A DNA stretch of 64,000 bases from Macrostomum hystrix (Eukaryota > Animalia > Platyhelminthes): the NCBI GenBank assembly GCA_950097015.1, contig CATNEN010000039.1:16058001-16122000 (forward strand), written 5' to 3'. The notes beneath the pieces were generated by a model. That model was not told the DNA's origin. It worked only from the letters and a program-made list of their open reading frames with translations, and searched no databases. Shown here piece by piece: positions 39,760 through 53,292 of this stretch. A program made the position numbers and the translations under genes. Position 1 is the stretch's first letter. The number at the start of each line of letters is the position of its first letter.

Positions 39760-42652
39760 TCTCTTCACATCTACCCACCAGTCTGTCTACATCTACCCAC
39801 CTCCAATCTCTTCATTCACATCTACCCACCTCCAATCTCTTCATTCACATCTACCCACCTCCAATCTCTTCATTCACATTTACCCACCTCCAATCTCTTC
39901 ATTGACATCTACCCACCTCCAAACTCTTCATTCACATCTACCCACCTCCAATCTCTTCATTCACATCTACCCACCTCCAGTCTCTTCATTCACATCTACC
40001 CACCACCAATCTCTTCATTCACATCTACCCACCTCCAATCTCTTCATTCACATCTACCCACCTCCAGTCTCTTCATTCACATCTACCCACCACCAAACTC
40101 TTCATTCACATCTACCACCAATCTCTTCATTCACATCTACCCACCTCCAATCTCTTCATTCACATCTACCCACCTCCAGTCTCTTCATTCACATCTACCC
40201 ACCTCCAATCTCTTCATTCACATCTACCCACCACCAATCTCTTCATTCACATCTACCCACCTTCAATCTCTTCATTCACATCACCCACCTCCAATCTCTT
40301 CATTCACATCTACCCACCTCCAGTCTCTTCATTCACATCTACCCACCACCAAACTCTTCATTCACATCTACCACCAATCTCTTCATTCACATCTACCCAC
40401 CTCCAATCTCTTCATTCACATCTACCCACCTCCAGTCTCTTCATTCACATCTACCCACCTCCAATCTCTTCATTCACATCTACCCACCACCAATCTCTTC
40501 ATTCACATCTACCCACCTTCAATCTCTTCATTCACATCACCCACCTCCAATCTCTTCATTCACATCTACCCACCACCAATCTCTTCATTCACATCTACCC
40601 ACCTCCAATCTCTTCATTCACATCTACCCACCTCCAATCTCTTCATTCACATCACCCACCTCCAATCTCTTCATTCACATCTACCCACCTCCAATCTCTT
40701 CATTCACATCTACCCACCTCTAATCTCTTCATTCACATCTACCCACCTCCAATCTCTTCATTCACATCTACCCACCACCAATCTCTTCATTCACATCTAC
40801 CCACCTCCAATCTCTTCATTCACATCTACCCACCTCCAGTCTCTTCATTCACATCTACCCACCACCAAACTCTTCATTCACATCTACCACCAATCTCTTC
40901 ATTCACATCTACCCACCTCCAATCTCTTCATTCACATTTACCCACCTCCAATCTCTTCATTCACATCACCCACCCCCAATCTCTTCATTCACATCTACCC
41001 ACCTCCAATCTCTTCATTCACATCTACCCACCCCCAATCTCTTCATTCACATCTACCCACCTCCAATCTCTTCATTCACATCTACCCACCTCCAATCTCT
41101 TCATTCACATCTACCCACCTCCAGTCTCTTCATTCACATCTACCCACCACCAATCTCTTCATTCACATCTACCCACCTCCAATCTCTTCGTTCACATCTA
41201 CCCACCTCCAGTCTCTTCATTCACATCTACCCACCACCAAACTCTTCATTCACATCTACCACCAATCTCTTCATTCACATCTACCCACCTCCAATCTCTT
41301 CATTCACATCTACCCACCTCCAGTCTCTTCATTCACATCTACCCACCTCCAATCTCTTCATTCACATCTACCCACCACCAATCTCTTCATTCACATCTAC
41401 CCACCTTCAATCTCTTCATTCACATCACCCACCTCCAATCTCTTCATTCACATCTACCCACCTCCAATCTCTTCATTCACATCTACCCACCACCAAACTC
41501 TTCATTCACATCTACCACCAATCTCTTCATTCACATCTACCCACCTCCAATCTCTTCATTCACATCTACCCACCTCCAGTCTCTTCATTCACATCTACCC
41601 ACCTCCAATCTCTTCATTCACATCTACCCACCACCAATCTCTTCATTCACATCTACCCACCTTCAATCTCTTCATTCACATCACCCACCTCCAATCTCTT
41701 CATTCACATCTACCCACCACCAATCTCTTCATTCACATCTACCCACCTCCAATCTCTTCATTCACATCTACCCACCTCCAATCTCTTCATTCACATCACC
41801 CACCTCCAATCTCTTCATTCACATCTACCCACCTCTAATCTCTTCATTCACATCTACCCACCTCTAATCTCTTCATTCACATCTACCCACCTCCAATCTC
41901 TTCATTCACATCTACCCACCACCAATCTCTTCATTCACATCTACCCACCTCCAATCTCTTCATTCACATCTACCCACCTCCAGTCTCTTCATTCACATCT
42001 ACCCACCACCAAACTCTTCATTCACATCTACCACCAATCTCTTCATTCACATCTACCCACCTCCAATCTCTTCATTCACATCTACCCACCTCCAGTCTCT
42101 TCATTCACATCTACCCACCTCCAATCTCTTCATTCACATCTACCCACCACCAATCTCTTCATTCACATCTACCCACCTCTAATCTCTTCATTCACATCTA
42201 CCCACCTCTAATCTCTTCATTCACATCTACCACCAATCTCTTCATTCACATCTACCCACCTCCAATCTCTTCATTCACATCTACCCACCACCAATCTCTT
42301 CATTCACATCTACCCACCTCCAATCTCTTCATTCACATCTACCCACCTCCAATCTCTTCATTCACATCACCCACCTCCAATCTCTTCATTCACATCTACC
42401 CACCTCTAATCTCTTCATTCACATCTACCCACCTCTAATCTCTTCATTCACATCTACCCACCTCTAATCTCTTCATTCACATCTACCACCAATCTCTTCA
42501 TTCACATCTACCACCAATCTCTTCATTCACATCTACCCACCTCCAATCTCTTCATTCACATCTACCCACCTCCAATCTCTTCATTCACATCTACCCACCT
42601 CCAATCTCTTCATTCACATCTACCCACCTCCAATCTCTTCACATCTACCCAT
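39760..42652. repeat. 29-bp minisatellite (ATCTCTTCATTCACATCTACCCACCTCCA)n
   Basis: Array of ~2.9 kb. Confidence 0.97.
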
Positions 42653-43669
42653 TTCCACTTTTGTCACACTAATTCCAGCTGAGTATTATCTCAGATTATC
42701 AGGCCAAAACAGTGTCTTCTTCATTTCCAAAGCTCAACGCCAATTATAGAAAGCAATTAGATATTTGCTTTCTGCTGGAAATTTTCAGTCAAAAATGTTT
42801 TTCACATTTGTGTTCATTCCAGACTATGTAATGATCAAATACAGTTAGAGCATTCGTGATCAAACAATAGCAGTTCTGAGTCTTCTCACCTATAGAGTTG
42901 TCAATCCGAGACTTGTCTACGCCTGAAATATTTGAGCAGACAAAAAATGCTATTCAATTTTAAATTGCTTGCTGCAGTTTCTGTAGCTACAAAAGTGCAG
43001 GGTCTCGGGAAAAAATGACGGAGGATCATTGTCCCACATTTATAATCTGGCCTGAGGGCTACCCATACCTCAGCAACCAATGAAGGAATTGTCAGACGAT
43101 AATCTCTTTAATTAAACACGAATAGCCTTCTCAAAATTATTATCAGCCTTTCTGCTGCTACAGGTGAAAGTTTAATCATGACAGCATTAGAGAAACATTA
43201 GATAGAAAACATTTATAGGCAGCTACGGTTTTTGGTTTCAGAGAAATCGGGTCTTATCTTGAGAACGTTTTTAGTCAAGCCATGCAGTATAGGCTGGAGC
43301 CGATGGTATTAGAAAATTTGTTTTAAAATGTACATTCTGTCATTTTTACAGTGAAACGGTAGGTCCTTGAGTACGATTGACATTGTCTTCGGCGAAAGAA
43401 AGCCTTTGATAAAAAGTTTAATATAGCTTATTGCTGACCATTTGATCCTTCGAGCATTCGATTTAATCCACAGTGGCAAAATCCAAGCGTTTCAGGCCGA
43501 TTTTCAAGTTGTCTATGGCCAAAAGTATGACCATAGAGCAAACGATTTGATCCTTCGGACACGCATCTAGTCCCGCCCATAGATTTAACATGCCACTGTG
43601 TACGGTATATAAACAGAAACGGAACTGTGGCTTCGGCTTTGTCGCTTTTTCAAAGGGAAACATAAAACT

Positions 43670-44350
43670 GTGTAAAAAAACCAACTCCCCCGCAACGCAG
43701 CGAGGCAGGTAGAGCAGCATATGCCGGAACCAGCCTCCGTACTTAACCGCTGTGATGTCCGCTGTTGCTTCTGCTATCCTGTGCAGCACGCGGATACGCC
43801 ACTCGCGTAGTGTGGTCTCTGGAGCCGGGTTGTCCAGTTCCAGCTGCACTTGTGGCTGGGAGAGCTGTCGCTTGATCACCGCCTTCAGGCACGAGTGCGC
43901 GCTCTCTACCGGATTAAGGAACGGCGAGTACGGGGGCAGCACCACGAAGCGCCAGTTAGCCGCAAATTGCTCGGGAATCCGCACTCCGTATTGGAATCGA
44001 GCGCCATCCATGATGATGCAGAACTGGTCGGCATTGTTGACGTCATCGCGGTTGCTGACTTCTTGGAGCAGCTCTTCAACGAATGCCTGTAACAAGTTCG
44101 CGGTCAGGGCCTGGCAGACGATCCTATGGTGGACAAGGCCATGGTCCGGTGCAATGGCCTGCAGGACCTGCACACTCTGCACACCTCGTTGTGTGTGCAG
44201 CATGCGCCGGACTCGCTGACCCCGTTGACCGCGCTCACTATCAGCTCGTACTTCTCGTCGCTTTTTTTGGCATATGGCCCTCGTTCCACAGGCTCGTCAA
44301 CTTCGTCGATGGAATCAAAGCTGTCCTCACTTTCTTCGTCGAACACAGTG
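43670..44350 (-). mobile_element. IS630/Tc1-mariner-type transposase pseudogene, internally deleted
   Basis: IIMDGARF...LPPYSPFLNPVE with 33 residues between D and E. An N-terminal RGPYAKKSDE segment is in another frame. The first Asp region is missing and TIRs were not located. Confidence 0.8.
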
Positions 44351-44991
44351 TTAGCTGCTTCGCTCTCTGGCGTCTGATGATAACTGTCTAGTCTGTGTTC
44401 TAGGGCACAGTGGAGAGAGGCTTAAATGCGTGTCCGAAGGATCAAATCGATTGCTCAATGAAAGTAAAAGTTTGAAATTGACAAACTTAGAAACTGCATT
44501 GTACGTTTTGTACAGAAAAACAATAAGCTTTTTTGTTGGACTCAGATACAGAAAAAAAGTATCATAACTTTTTCTTAGCTGTTTTAGCATGCAAAAATAT
44601 GTACTAGTAGTATTCAGCTGATTCTGCTCTCAATTTGCTTTAAAAATACATGACTCAAATTTCTGCAACAATTTGCAAAATTTCTGCTTTGGTTTTTCGA
44701 AATTTCTGTTTCTCATTGGCAAGCGTTAAGGTCGACCGAGCCGCTATGAACATATACCCACCTCACGCCACATGACTGCCATTAACTATTTTTTAACCCA
44801 CTCGCGCATGCCTGGTTGGTTGACTGATCCGCCCCCGCGCCGATATCGAGACACCCACCTCACGCCGCGTGACAACCACCCCACTACTGGACCAAGGTCT
44901 GAAGCCAAGGACTGATTTGTCAAATAAAACAGTACTATTAAAACTGCCCAGTTTTTTGCCACCGTAGCTCCAAGGACTACTAAACAACACC

Positions 44992-45091
44992 TTGTTTAGT
45001 GTTGTTTAGTGTTGTTTAGTGTTGTTTAGTGTTGTTTAGTGTTGTTTAGTGTTGTTTAGTGTTGTTTAGTGTTGTTTAGTGTTGTTTAGTA
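44992..45091. repeat. 10-bp repeat (GTTGTTTAGT)n
   Basis: Perfect tandem array. Confidence 0.95.
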
Positions 45092-45284
45092 GTCCTTGCG
45101 TAGCTCACAGACAATCGGGATAAACTCAGAATTAATATTGACCCAAAGTACTTTAAGACTATAGGAGTAAGAAATGCCAATCGCACTTTGCTTTAGTCCA
45201 AGGCAGAATCTCGAGCAAATATTGTATAAATGGAAGCTTATATTTAAAAGTGGATAAGGTAGAAATGAATAAAGCTCAATAAAG

Positions 45285-45378
45285 GGGCAAGAGGTTTCAT
45301 GAGCTGTCAAGATGGTCATGCTGAGTAGATTAGCCACGTCGTCCACTTCTTGACAGGTGGCAGGAACAACGGATTCTC
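45285..45378 (-). mobile_element. Probable non-LTR retrotransposon ORF2 fragment
   Basis: EVDDVANLLSMTILTAHETSCP resembles the post-endonuclease linker of R1/LOA-type ORF2. Confidence 0.4.
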
Positions 45379-45380
45379 GG

Positions 45381-48199
45381 CGGAGCTCGGTGACCATCCC
45401 GCCGCACTAAAACGTAGGTGCAGGCGTCGAGGGCCGCCGGCCAAGCGGTGCGGTGACTGCCGTGATGCGCTGTCGGCGTCGGCCGGAAGGCTTGCACGGC
45501 GCTGCGGAGCTGTCCCAGGAACTGGTCGCGGTCGCCGGCGGGCTGGCTGGGCTGCAGGCATTCGCCGGGCACGCAGAGGGGCGCGCCGTAGACCAGCTCG
45601 GCCGACGATGCTGGCAGGTCCTCCTTGGGGGCCGTCCGGATGCCGAGCAACACCCACGGTAGCTCGCTGACACAGGCCGGCCCTGCCAGCCTCGCCATGA
45701 GGAAGTAGCGGAAATGCCGGACCGCCAGGTACAGCGCGAGCAGCTCGCGGTCGAAGGCGCTGTACTTCTGCTCGGGTGGGCGGAGCTGCCGGCTGAAGAA
45801 AGCGAGCGGCTGCCAGGCGCCTCCGACCCGCTGCTCGAGCGCCGCGCCGACCGCGGTGTCCGAGGCGTCGACGGTGAGGGCGATGGGCGCGTCCGGCCGC
45901 GGGTGCGCCAGCATGGTGGCGGCCGCCAGCGCCCGCTTAGCTCCGTCGAAAGCGTCGGTCAGCTCGGGCGTCCAGCGGACAAACTTCTCCTTGCCGGCCG
46001 TGGCCGCATGGATTGGGCGCAACAGCTGGGCGGCCCGTGGCACGAAGCGGTGGTCGAAATTCACCATGCCGGTGAACTTCTGCAGGCCCTTGACGGTGGC
46101 TGGCGGCGCGAACCCCGCGATGGCGTCGACCTTGGCCGGCAGTGCCACGGCGCCCTCGGAGCTGATGCGGTGGCTGAGGAAGTCGATCTCGCTGCGGCCG
46201 AACTCGCACTTGGCCGGGTTGATGATGAGGCCGTTGTCGGCGAGGCGCTGGAAAAGCATCCGCAGGTGCTCCAGGTGTTGCTGCTGGCTGCGGCTGGCCA
46301 CCAGGAAATCGTCGATGTATGCGAAGACGAAATCCCGGTCCTGGCACACGGAGTCGACCAACCACTGAAAGGCCTGGGCGGCGTTCTTGAGTCCGAACGG
46401 CATTCGCAGGAACTCGAAGAGGCCGAACGGGGTGATGACGGCGGTCTTGGGCACGTCGGCCGCGGTCACGGGCACCTGGTGGTAGCCGCGCACCAGGTCG
46501 ATCTTGGAGAAGACCGAGAAGCCGGCCAGGCGGGCCGAGAAGTCCTGGATGTGCGGCACCGGGTAGCGGTCTGGCACTGTGACGTCGTTCAGCCGCCCGA
46601 AGTCGCCGCAGGGCCGCCAACCGCCGGACGCCTTGGGCACCATGTGCAGCGGCGACGACCACGGGCTGTGAGAGCGGCGCACGATGCCGAGCCGCTCCAG
46701 GAGTCGGAACTCCTCCCTGGCCACCGCCAGCTTGTCTGGCGGCAGGCGGCGTGGGCGAGCGTGGACAGGCGGGCCGCTGGTCGGGGTATGGTGCTCGACC
46801 CCATGGCGCGGCTGAGCTCGTTGGAAACTGAGCTCGGTGAGGGCGGGGAACTCCGCCAGCAGCTGGCTGTACGGGTCCGCGGCGGCGGCCGCGGCGAGCT
46901 GCAGGCCGGGTCCCACGCTGTCCAGCAGGTGCACGCTGGCGAACGATTGGGCGTCCAGCAGGCGTCGGTGCGGCAGGGCCACCAGCAGGCCATGGTGCCG
47001 CAGGAAGTAGGCGCCGATCAGCGGGCGGGAGACTTCGGCCAGGATGAACGGCCAGGAGCAGCGCCGTATTCCGAGATCGAGCGTGTTCTGGCGGGTACCA
47101 AAAGTGCGGATGGGGCTGCCGTTGGCTGCGAAGAGCGGCTGGCCAGGCGAGTATCAGTGCCGGCGACGGGAAAAATACAGACCTCGGCGCCCGTGTCGAC
47201 CAGGAAGCGCCGGCCCGTCTGGACATCGGGGATGAGCAGCAGGCTGCTGTTACCGGCCGCCGAGCTGATCACTGACGGCCGGCCTGCCCGTTTCCCTGGA
47301 AGCTACAGGGCGCCTGACACTGGCGGGCCGCCGCACCAAATCGGCGGTGAAAACGGCACAGGCCGTCATCCGAGCGTTTGCGGCTCTGCCTGGTCGGGCG
47401 GAGGCTAGCTGCAAGGACGGCCGGCTGAGCATGCGGAGGCGGCGGCTGCTCTGCAGCGGGATGCTGCACGGAGGCCGCGTACGGCTGCGACCGGCTCGCC
47501 CACAGCTTATTGGCCTCTTGCGCTGCGGCCCGCGGGTCGCTGAAGTCCACAGTGGCAATCATCATCCTGACGTCGGCGGGCAGCTGCTGGCGGAAGAGTT
47601 CCTTGAACAGGAGGCACGGGGGATGGTCACCTAGCGAGCGAGCATTTCCTCCATGAGCTCTGAGGGACGCTTGTCGCGGTGGCCGGACATTCCGAGGAGG
47701 CGGCTGGCCCGCTGCTGTCGAGTGAGGCCAAACGTGCCGAGCAGGCGGTCCTTCAGGCTCTGGTAATTGTCCACCTCCGGCGGACGCTCCAGCACATCGA
47801 GTAGTCGCTCGGCTGTGATCTGGTCGAGAGCAGCGACTACGTGCGTGTACTTGGTGTTGTCCTCAGTGATTCGCCGCAGAGTGAACTGGGCTTCGGCCTG
47901 AATAAACCAGGCCCGGGGCTGCGAGGCCCAAAACGTGGGCAGTTTGAGTGCAACGGCTGGCTCAGTCATTCCTCAGCACGGCTGGGGTAGTCGAGCTCAC
48001 CAATTTAGTGTCTCGTAAATGAAACGCAGTGCGCGAGAAAGGTTAAATTTAAAGGGGAGGTGCGCGTAAGGTGGCGAGAGTCCGTAACCCCCCGCTTAGC
48101 GAGCCGGTCGGTCGGGTGCACCCACCCCCCAGCCAGGCGGCCCGAGGTTTGAGTGCATATGCACCTAGAGTCGCGCCGCGTGCAGACCTGGCCGCCACA
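45381..48199 (-). mobile_element. Ty3/Gypsy LTR retrotransposon (5' LTR, gag, PR, RT, partial RNase H; integrase deleted; no 3' LTR)
   Basis: Putative LTR ~48004-48199 starting TG, and PBS TGGTGAGCTCGAC. Gag KLPTFW...CRFHRRFG, protease LVDTGA, RT YIDD, RNase H DASD. Several frameshifts. Confidence 0.93.
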
Positions 48200-48278
48200 A
48201 TCTCATAAAAACAGAAGTTCGTCAGAGGTTCGAATCTGCTAGAATATTGTTAGAATAAAAAAGATTATTAGCATGTAC

Positions 48279-48554
48279 TCAAGCCGTTCTCATCGATACG
48301 AGGGTCTCAATAACTCCGGGATCAGCCAGGGTGCTAGTATCGCCATAGTTGTCACCGCCGGCAGCAATCTCTCGCAGAATTCTACGCATAATCTTGCCCG
48401 AGCGAGTCTTTGGCAGCGCTGGGGCCTCTTGGATGGTGTCGGGTGCTGCGAATGCGCCAATGCGTTCGCGAACAATCACTAGCAGCTGGCGAATCAGGCT
48501 GGCATCAAAGACGGTGCCGTCCTTCAGTGTGACGAACGCGTAGGCGCTTTCGCC
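48279..48554 (-). CDS. ACSS: Acetyl-CoA synthetase, last coding exon
   Basis: cgcag|GGC. Encodes GESAYAFV...IGAFAAPD...[15 protein letters not shown]...GDTSTLADP then stop. No upstream exons seen in the window. Confidence 0.88.
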   Translation of the reverse strand, partial: GESAYAFVTLKDGTVFDASLIRQLLVIVRERIGAFAAPDTIQEAPALPKTRSGKIMRRILREIAAGGDNYGDTSTLADPGVIETLVSMRTA

Positions 48555-48876
48555 CTGCGGTAAATTGGTGTTTAGAAAACTAAAGCAATCATCATATTGT
48601 AGAAAGATCCTCAGAGGTCGCTAGCTTGGTCCCTGGTGGGGATGAGAACCTTAAAGCACTGAAGGAGGTTGAGCGTGCGCGGTTCTCCGTCCGTGAGGAC
48701 ATTGATTTCGTTGCTCGCGCCCAAATCTCTCAGGCAAAGGTCCGTGTGCGGCAGGAGCTTTCGTTTTGCTGCCGCTCGTTGGGGGACGAAGTGCACTCCG
48801 GCATCAAGGAGACGCCGGGCGGTTTTTGCCGCCTCACCGCGGATAAAAATATCAAGCTAAAAATATCAAGCTAAAA

Positions 48877-49315
48877 ATATCAAGCGGGAGGATATTCAGG
48901 AAGGCGCTGAGGCCGTCGAAGGGGGCGGATGGCGCGGCGCTCATGATCATGCGACAAGCGCGACCTTGCACTCTCCGAAGAGTCTCAAGGCAGGTCTTTA
49001 GCTGCAGGGCACTAGCCCAGATCAGTCTGGCGTACGAAACAGCCGGTCTGACCATAGCAGTGTGGATCCACCATAGACGTTTGGGGGTGAGACCCCAAGT
49101 GTTGCCACCGCCCTGCGCAGCTGCGCCAGGATCGCAAAGGCCTTTTTGGCTTTAGCGTAGACATGAGGAGTCCAGCTGAGCCTGTGATCGAGCGTTATGC
49201 TCAAGCATTTAGTTTGCTTCTGGAAGGTGATGTCCTTTGTGCAGCGTTGAGCAGCTCATCCATAACGAGGTTCCACAGAAACGGGGGGGAGGACTCCGCG
49301 CTGGGGGGCCCCTTT
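48877..49315 (-). mobile_element. Non-LTR retrotransposon RT fragments (R1/LOA-like), degenerate
   Basis: PFLWNLVMDELL, ITLDHRLSWTPHV, VRPAVSY...RRVQGRAC...LNILPLD. Confidence 0.8.
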
Positions 49316-49631
49316 CCTGACGCAGAGCGTCGGCAGCCGTTCAGGTGGGCCACCCAGGCCTCTCTCCACGGGGCCGACACGTAGCCCGGCACCACGCAGG
49401 CGCGCAGGAGTTGACAGAAGAGGTCAAGGAATCATTTTACACGTACTATGTGCATGCATATGGTGTTGTTAGGTGCTAGGTGGATAGATGCTAGGCAACT
49501 AGTTTACTAGGTAGTGTCAACATTTTAGGAAAGTAACCTCCATAAACAATAATGAAACAATAATGAACATTGCCTATGGTCATTGGTTTGGTTTTTCCAA
49601 AGTCCTTGGGGGGGAGGGGGGAGGGGGGAGG

Positions 49632-51100
49632 ACACCCAATACTGTTAGACACCCAATACTGTTAGACACCCAATACTGTTAGACACCCAATACTGTTAGA
49701 CACCCAATACTGTTAGACACCCAATACTGTTAGACACCCAATACTGTTAGACACCCAATACTGTTAGACACCCAATACTGTAAGACACCCAATACTCTTA
49801 GACACCCAATACTGTTAGACACCCAATACTGTTAGACACCCAATACTGTAAGACACCCAATACTGTTAGACACCCAATACTGTTAGACACCCAATACTGT
49901 AAGACACCCAATACTGTAAGACACCCAATACTGTTAGACACCCAATACTGTTAGACACCCAATACTGTAAGACACCCAATACTGTTAGACACCCAATACT
50001 GTTAGACACCCAATACTGTTAGACACCCAATACTGTTAGACACCCAATACTGTAAGACACCCAATACTGTAAGACACCCAATACTGTTAGACACCCAATA
50101 CTGTAAGACACCCAATACTGTTAGACACCCAATACTGTTAGACACCCAATACTGTTAGACACCCAATACTGTAAGACACCCAATACTGTTAGACACCCAA
50201 GACTGTTAGACAACCAATACTGTTAGACACCCAATACTGTTAGACACACAATACTGTTAGACACACAATACTGTTAGACACCCAATACTGTTAGACACCC
50301 AATACTGTTAGACACCCAATACTGTTAGACACCCAATACTGTTAGACACCCAATACTGTTAGACACCCAATACTGTTAGACACCCAATACTGTTAGACAC
50401 CCAATACTGTTAGACACCCAATACTGTTAGACACCCAATACTGTTAGACACCCAATACTGTAAGACACCCAATACTCTTAGACACCCAATACTGTTAGAC
50501 ACCCAATACTGTTAGACACCCAATACTGTTAGACACCCAATACTGTAAGACACCCAATACTGTTAGACACCCAATACTGTTAGACACCCAATACTGTTAG
50601 ACACCCAATACTGTTAGACACCCAATACTGTTAGACACCCAATACTGTTAGACACCCAATACTGTTAGACACCCAATACTGTTAGACACCCAATACTGTT
50701 AGACACCCAATACTGTTAGACACCCAATACTGTTAGACACCCAATACTGTAAGACACCCAATACTGTTAGACACCCAATACTGTTAGACACCCAATACTG
50801 TTAGACACCCAATACTGTTAGACACCCAATACTGTAAGACACCCAATACTGTTAGACACCCAAGACTGTTAGACAACCAATACTGTTAGACACCCAATAC
50901 TGTTAGACACACAATACTGTTAGACACACAATACTGTTAGACACCCAATACTGTTAGACACCCAATACTGTTAGACACCCAATACTGTTAGACACCCAAT
51001 ACTGTTAGACACCCAATACTGTTAGACACCCAATACTGTTAGACACCCAATACTGTTAGACACCCAATACTGTTAGACACCCAATACTGTAAGACACCCA
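49632..51100. repeat. 17-bp minisatellite (GACACCCAATACTGTTA)n
   Basis: Array of ~1.5 kb. Confidence 0.97.
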
Positions 51101-51951
51101 AGACTTTTCTTTGTGCCTCTTCAGTCTTGTCAGTGGTTGCTTCCGCAGCATCGTTTTGCAAAGTGGTGGTAAGAACAGTGTATAGACAATCCCATGAGCA
51201 TAACTCATTGTGAGGCCCCACCCAGACACTTCAAAATCCTGTCCCTCCGCTCTCTATTATTATTCGGGTTGATAGGAACTTGAAAGTGCTTTTTCAATCA
51301 CGATTCGGAATGTGCGATTCAGGATCTGCGATTTGGGATCTGAGATCTGTCGAATGAGATAAAGGATCTTGGATGTAGGATTATCGTATCCCATATTGGA
51401 TGTATTTTCTGGGATATGGGATCTGTGGCATAGGATGCGGGATCTGAGGTGCGGAGGAATCTGAGAAATAACGATTTGATGTGACTGAAGAAAAGTCACT
51501 AGCTTTCGTTAACCTGGCTCTGTCTAAAAAGTCTGTCAAATATGGGCCCATGGGAAGCAATCATTCGATGCTTGTAAAGTGCAATACTTCTTTGTTAGAG
51601 AGAAACTCCAATAAGATAGAAAGATTTCTAATAGTACAACACAAAAGTTCATCTCAGAAAAGTCGTGCATGAAAAAGCAAAGTAGAGCTGAAATTTGCCA
51701 TAGACAAAAGGCGGGCACCCTGTGTCAGCCAGCGCTGCCATAGACCGAGCCGGCTCGGACCTGTATTTTCTGCAGCATATTGAAGGGGCAGCGGCCCGAA
51801 ACGAAGAATCAAATCCAACAACTGACAACACTCGACTAAGCATTCTGGCCGATTCTACTCAGCCGTTGCAAACCTGATCAGCAATTCAACTGCCACCTGC
51901 CAGCTAATCGACCAAATCTAACTGGGCTATTCGTAATCGAAGCTGGCAATC

Positions 51952-52669
51952 ATGACGACTATGAAGCTGGTTATTGTTTGCGTGTTTCTTGCACTTGGAG
52001 GCATCCAGCTGGCTGATTGTATTAAATGTATCTCGTCGAAAAATAGAAGAGTAATATTTTCTGTATATAAGAATGACGATACTGATACAGATTGTACTCC
52101 TGCCAACGTCACCAAGTGTTTCGTGGAATATCAACCTGAAGGTTCAACTGTTTATTTTCGTCCCGAAGTGGTGAGCGACCGAATGAATTAAACTAATTTA
52201 ATTAGCATATCAATTCGAAATCATAAAGCAACAGTTTGCCCTATAAATTTTGCCCTATCGGAAACTTTTTTAGCTACTGAAATATGGTTGCGGCGCCTGT
52301 CCTGCTACAAAATATTGCAAAGACTGCACGGGTCATAAATGCAATAAAGCGAGTGTATTTAACTTGACCAATGATCTAGAACGTGATCTGGTACCATGCC
52401 TTCACTACGAGAAATGGCAGTTGAATGGCAATGATCCTCAACGCGAAAAAGTGATAGGTCCATATGAAATTTTTTGCCCTCCATCAGAAAAGTGCTTTAA
52501 AATGGTTGCTAAAAGGCCTGTACCTCAATGGCATTATAAAACCGTCATCGGCTGTGAAAAATCGGTTGAATCTTTAATGATTTATGCCAAAGAACTTTCT
52601 AAGTATGAACGCTACGAATGCAAACCAAACGCGGAAAAATCTGATTGCGTCACAGTTATTAGTGATTAG
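51952..52669 (+). CDS. Secreted Cys-rich Ly6/three-finger-like protein (exons 51952-52170 and 52274-52669)
   Basis: Signal peptide MKLVIVCVFLALGGIQLADC, a phase-0 GT-AG intron, IKC...GCGAC...CKDCTGHKCN, and a second Cys module. Confidence 0.75.
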
Positions 52670-53292
52670 TCTCATCTAAGCTGATTCTGCAACCATTCTG
52701 CAAAGTCTCTCTAACTCGTATTGACTTATGTAAAAGAACTTTCTAAGTATGAACGCTACGAATGCAAACCAAACGCGGAAAAATCTGATTGCGTCACAGT
52801 TATTAGTGATTAGTCTCATCTAAGCTGATTCTGCAACCATTCTGCAAAGTCTCTCTAACTCGTATTGACTTATGTAAAAGAACTTTCTAAGCATGAACGC
52901 TACGAATGTAGACCAAACGCCGAAAAATCAGATTGTATCCCAGTTATTAGTGAAATTAGTCTCATCTAAGCTGATTCTGCAACCATTCTGCAAAGTCTCT
53001 CTAACTCGTATTGACTTATGTAAAAGAACTTTCTAAGTATGAACGCTACGAATGCAAACCAAACGCGGAAAAATCTGATTGCGTCACAGTTATTAGTGAT
53101 TAGTCTCATCTAAGCTGATTCTGCAACCATTCTGCAAAGTCTCTCTAACTCGTATTGACTTATGTAAAAGAACTTTCTAAGCATGAACGCTACGAATGTA
53201 GACCAAACGCCGAAAAATCAGATTGTATCCCAGTTATTAGTGAAATTAGTCTCATCTAAGCTGATTCTGCAACCATTTTGCAAAGTCTCTCT
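52589..53292 (+). repeat. 144/146-bp tandem duplication x5 of the gene's 3' end
   Basis: Variant order is A,A,B,A,B. Confidence 0.95.

Noticed and set aside
45714-47408. 564-aa plus-strand ORF
   Set aside because: It is the antisense shadow of the GC-rich Gypsy pol, with no recognisable motifs.
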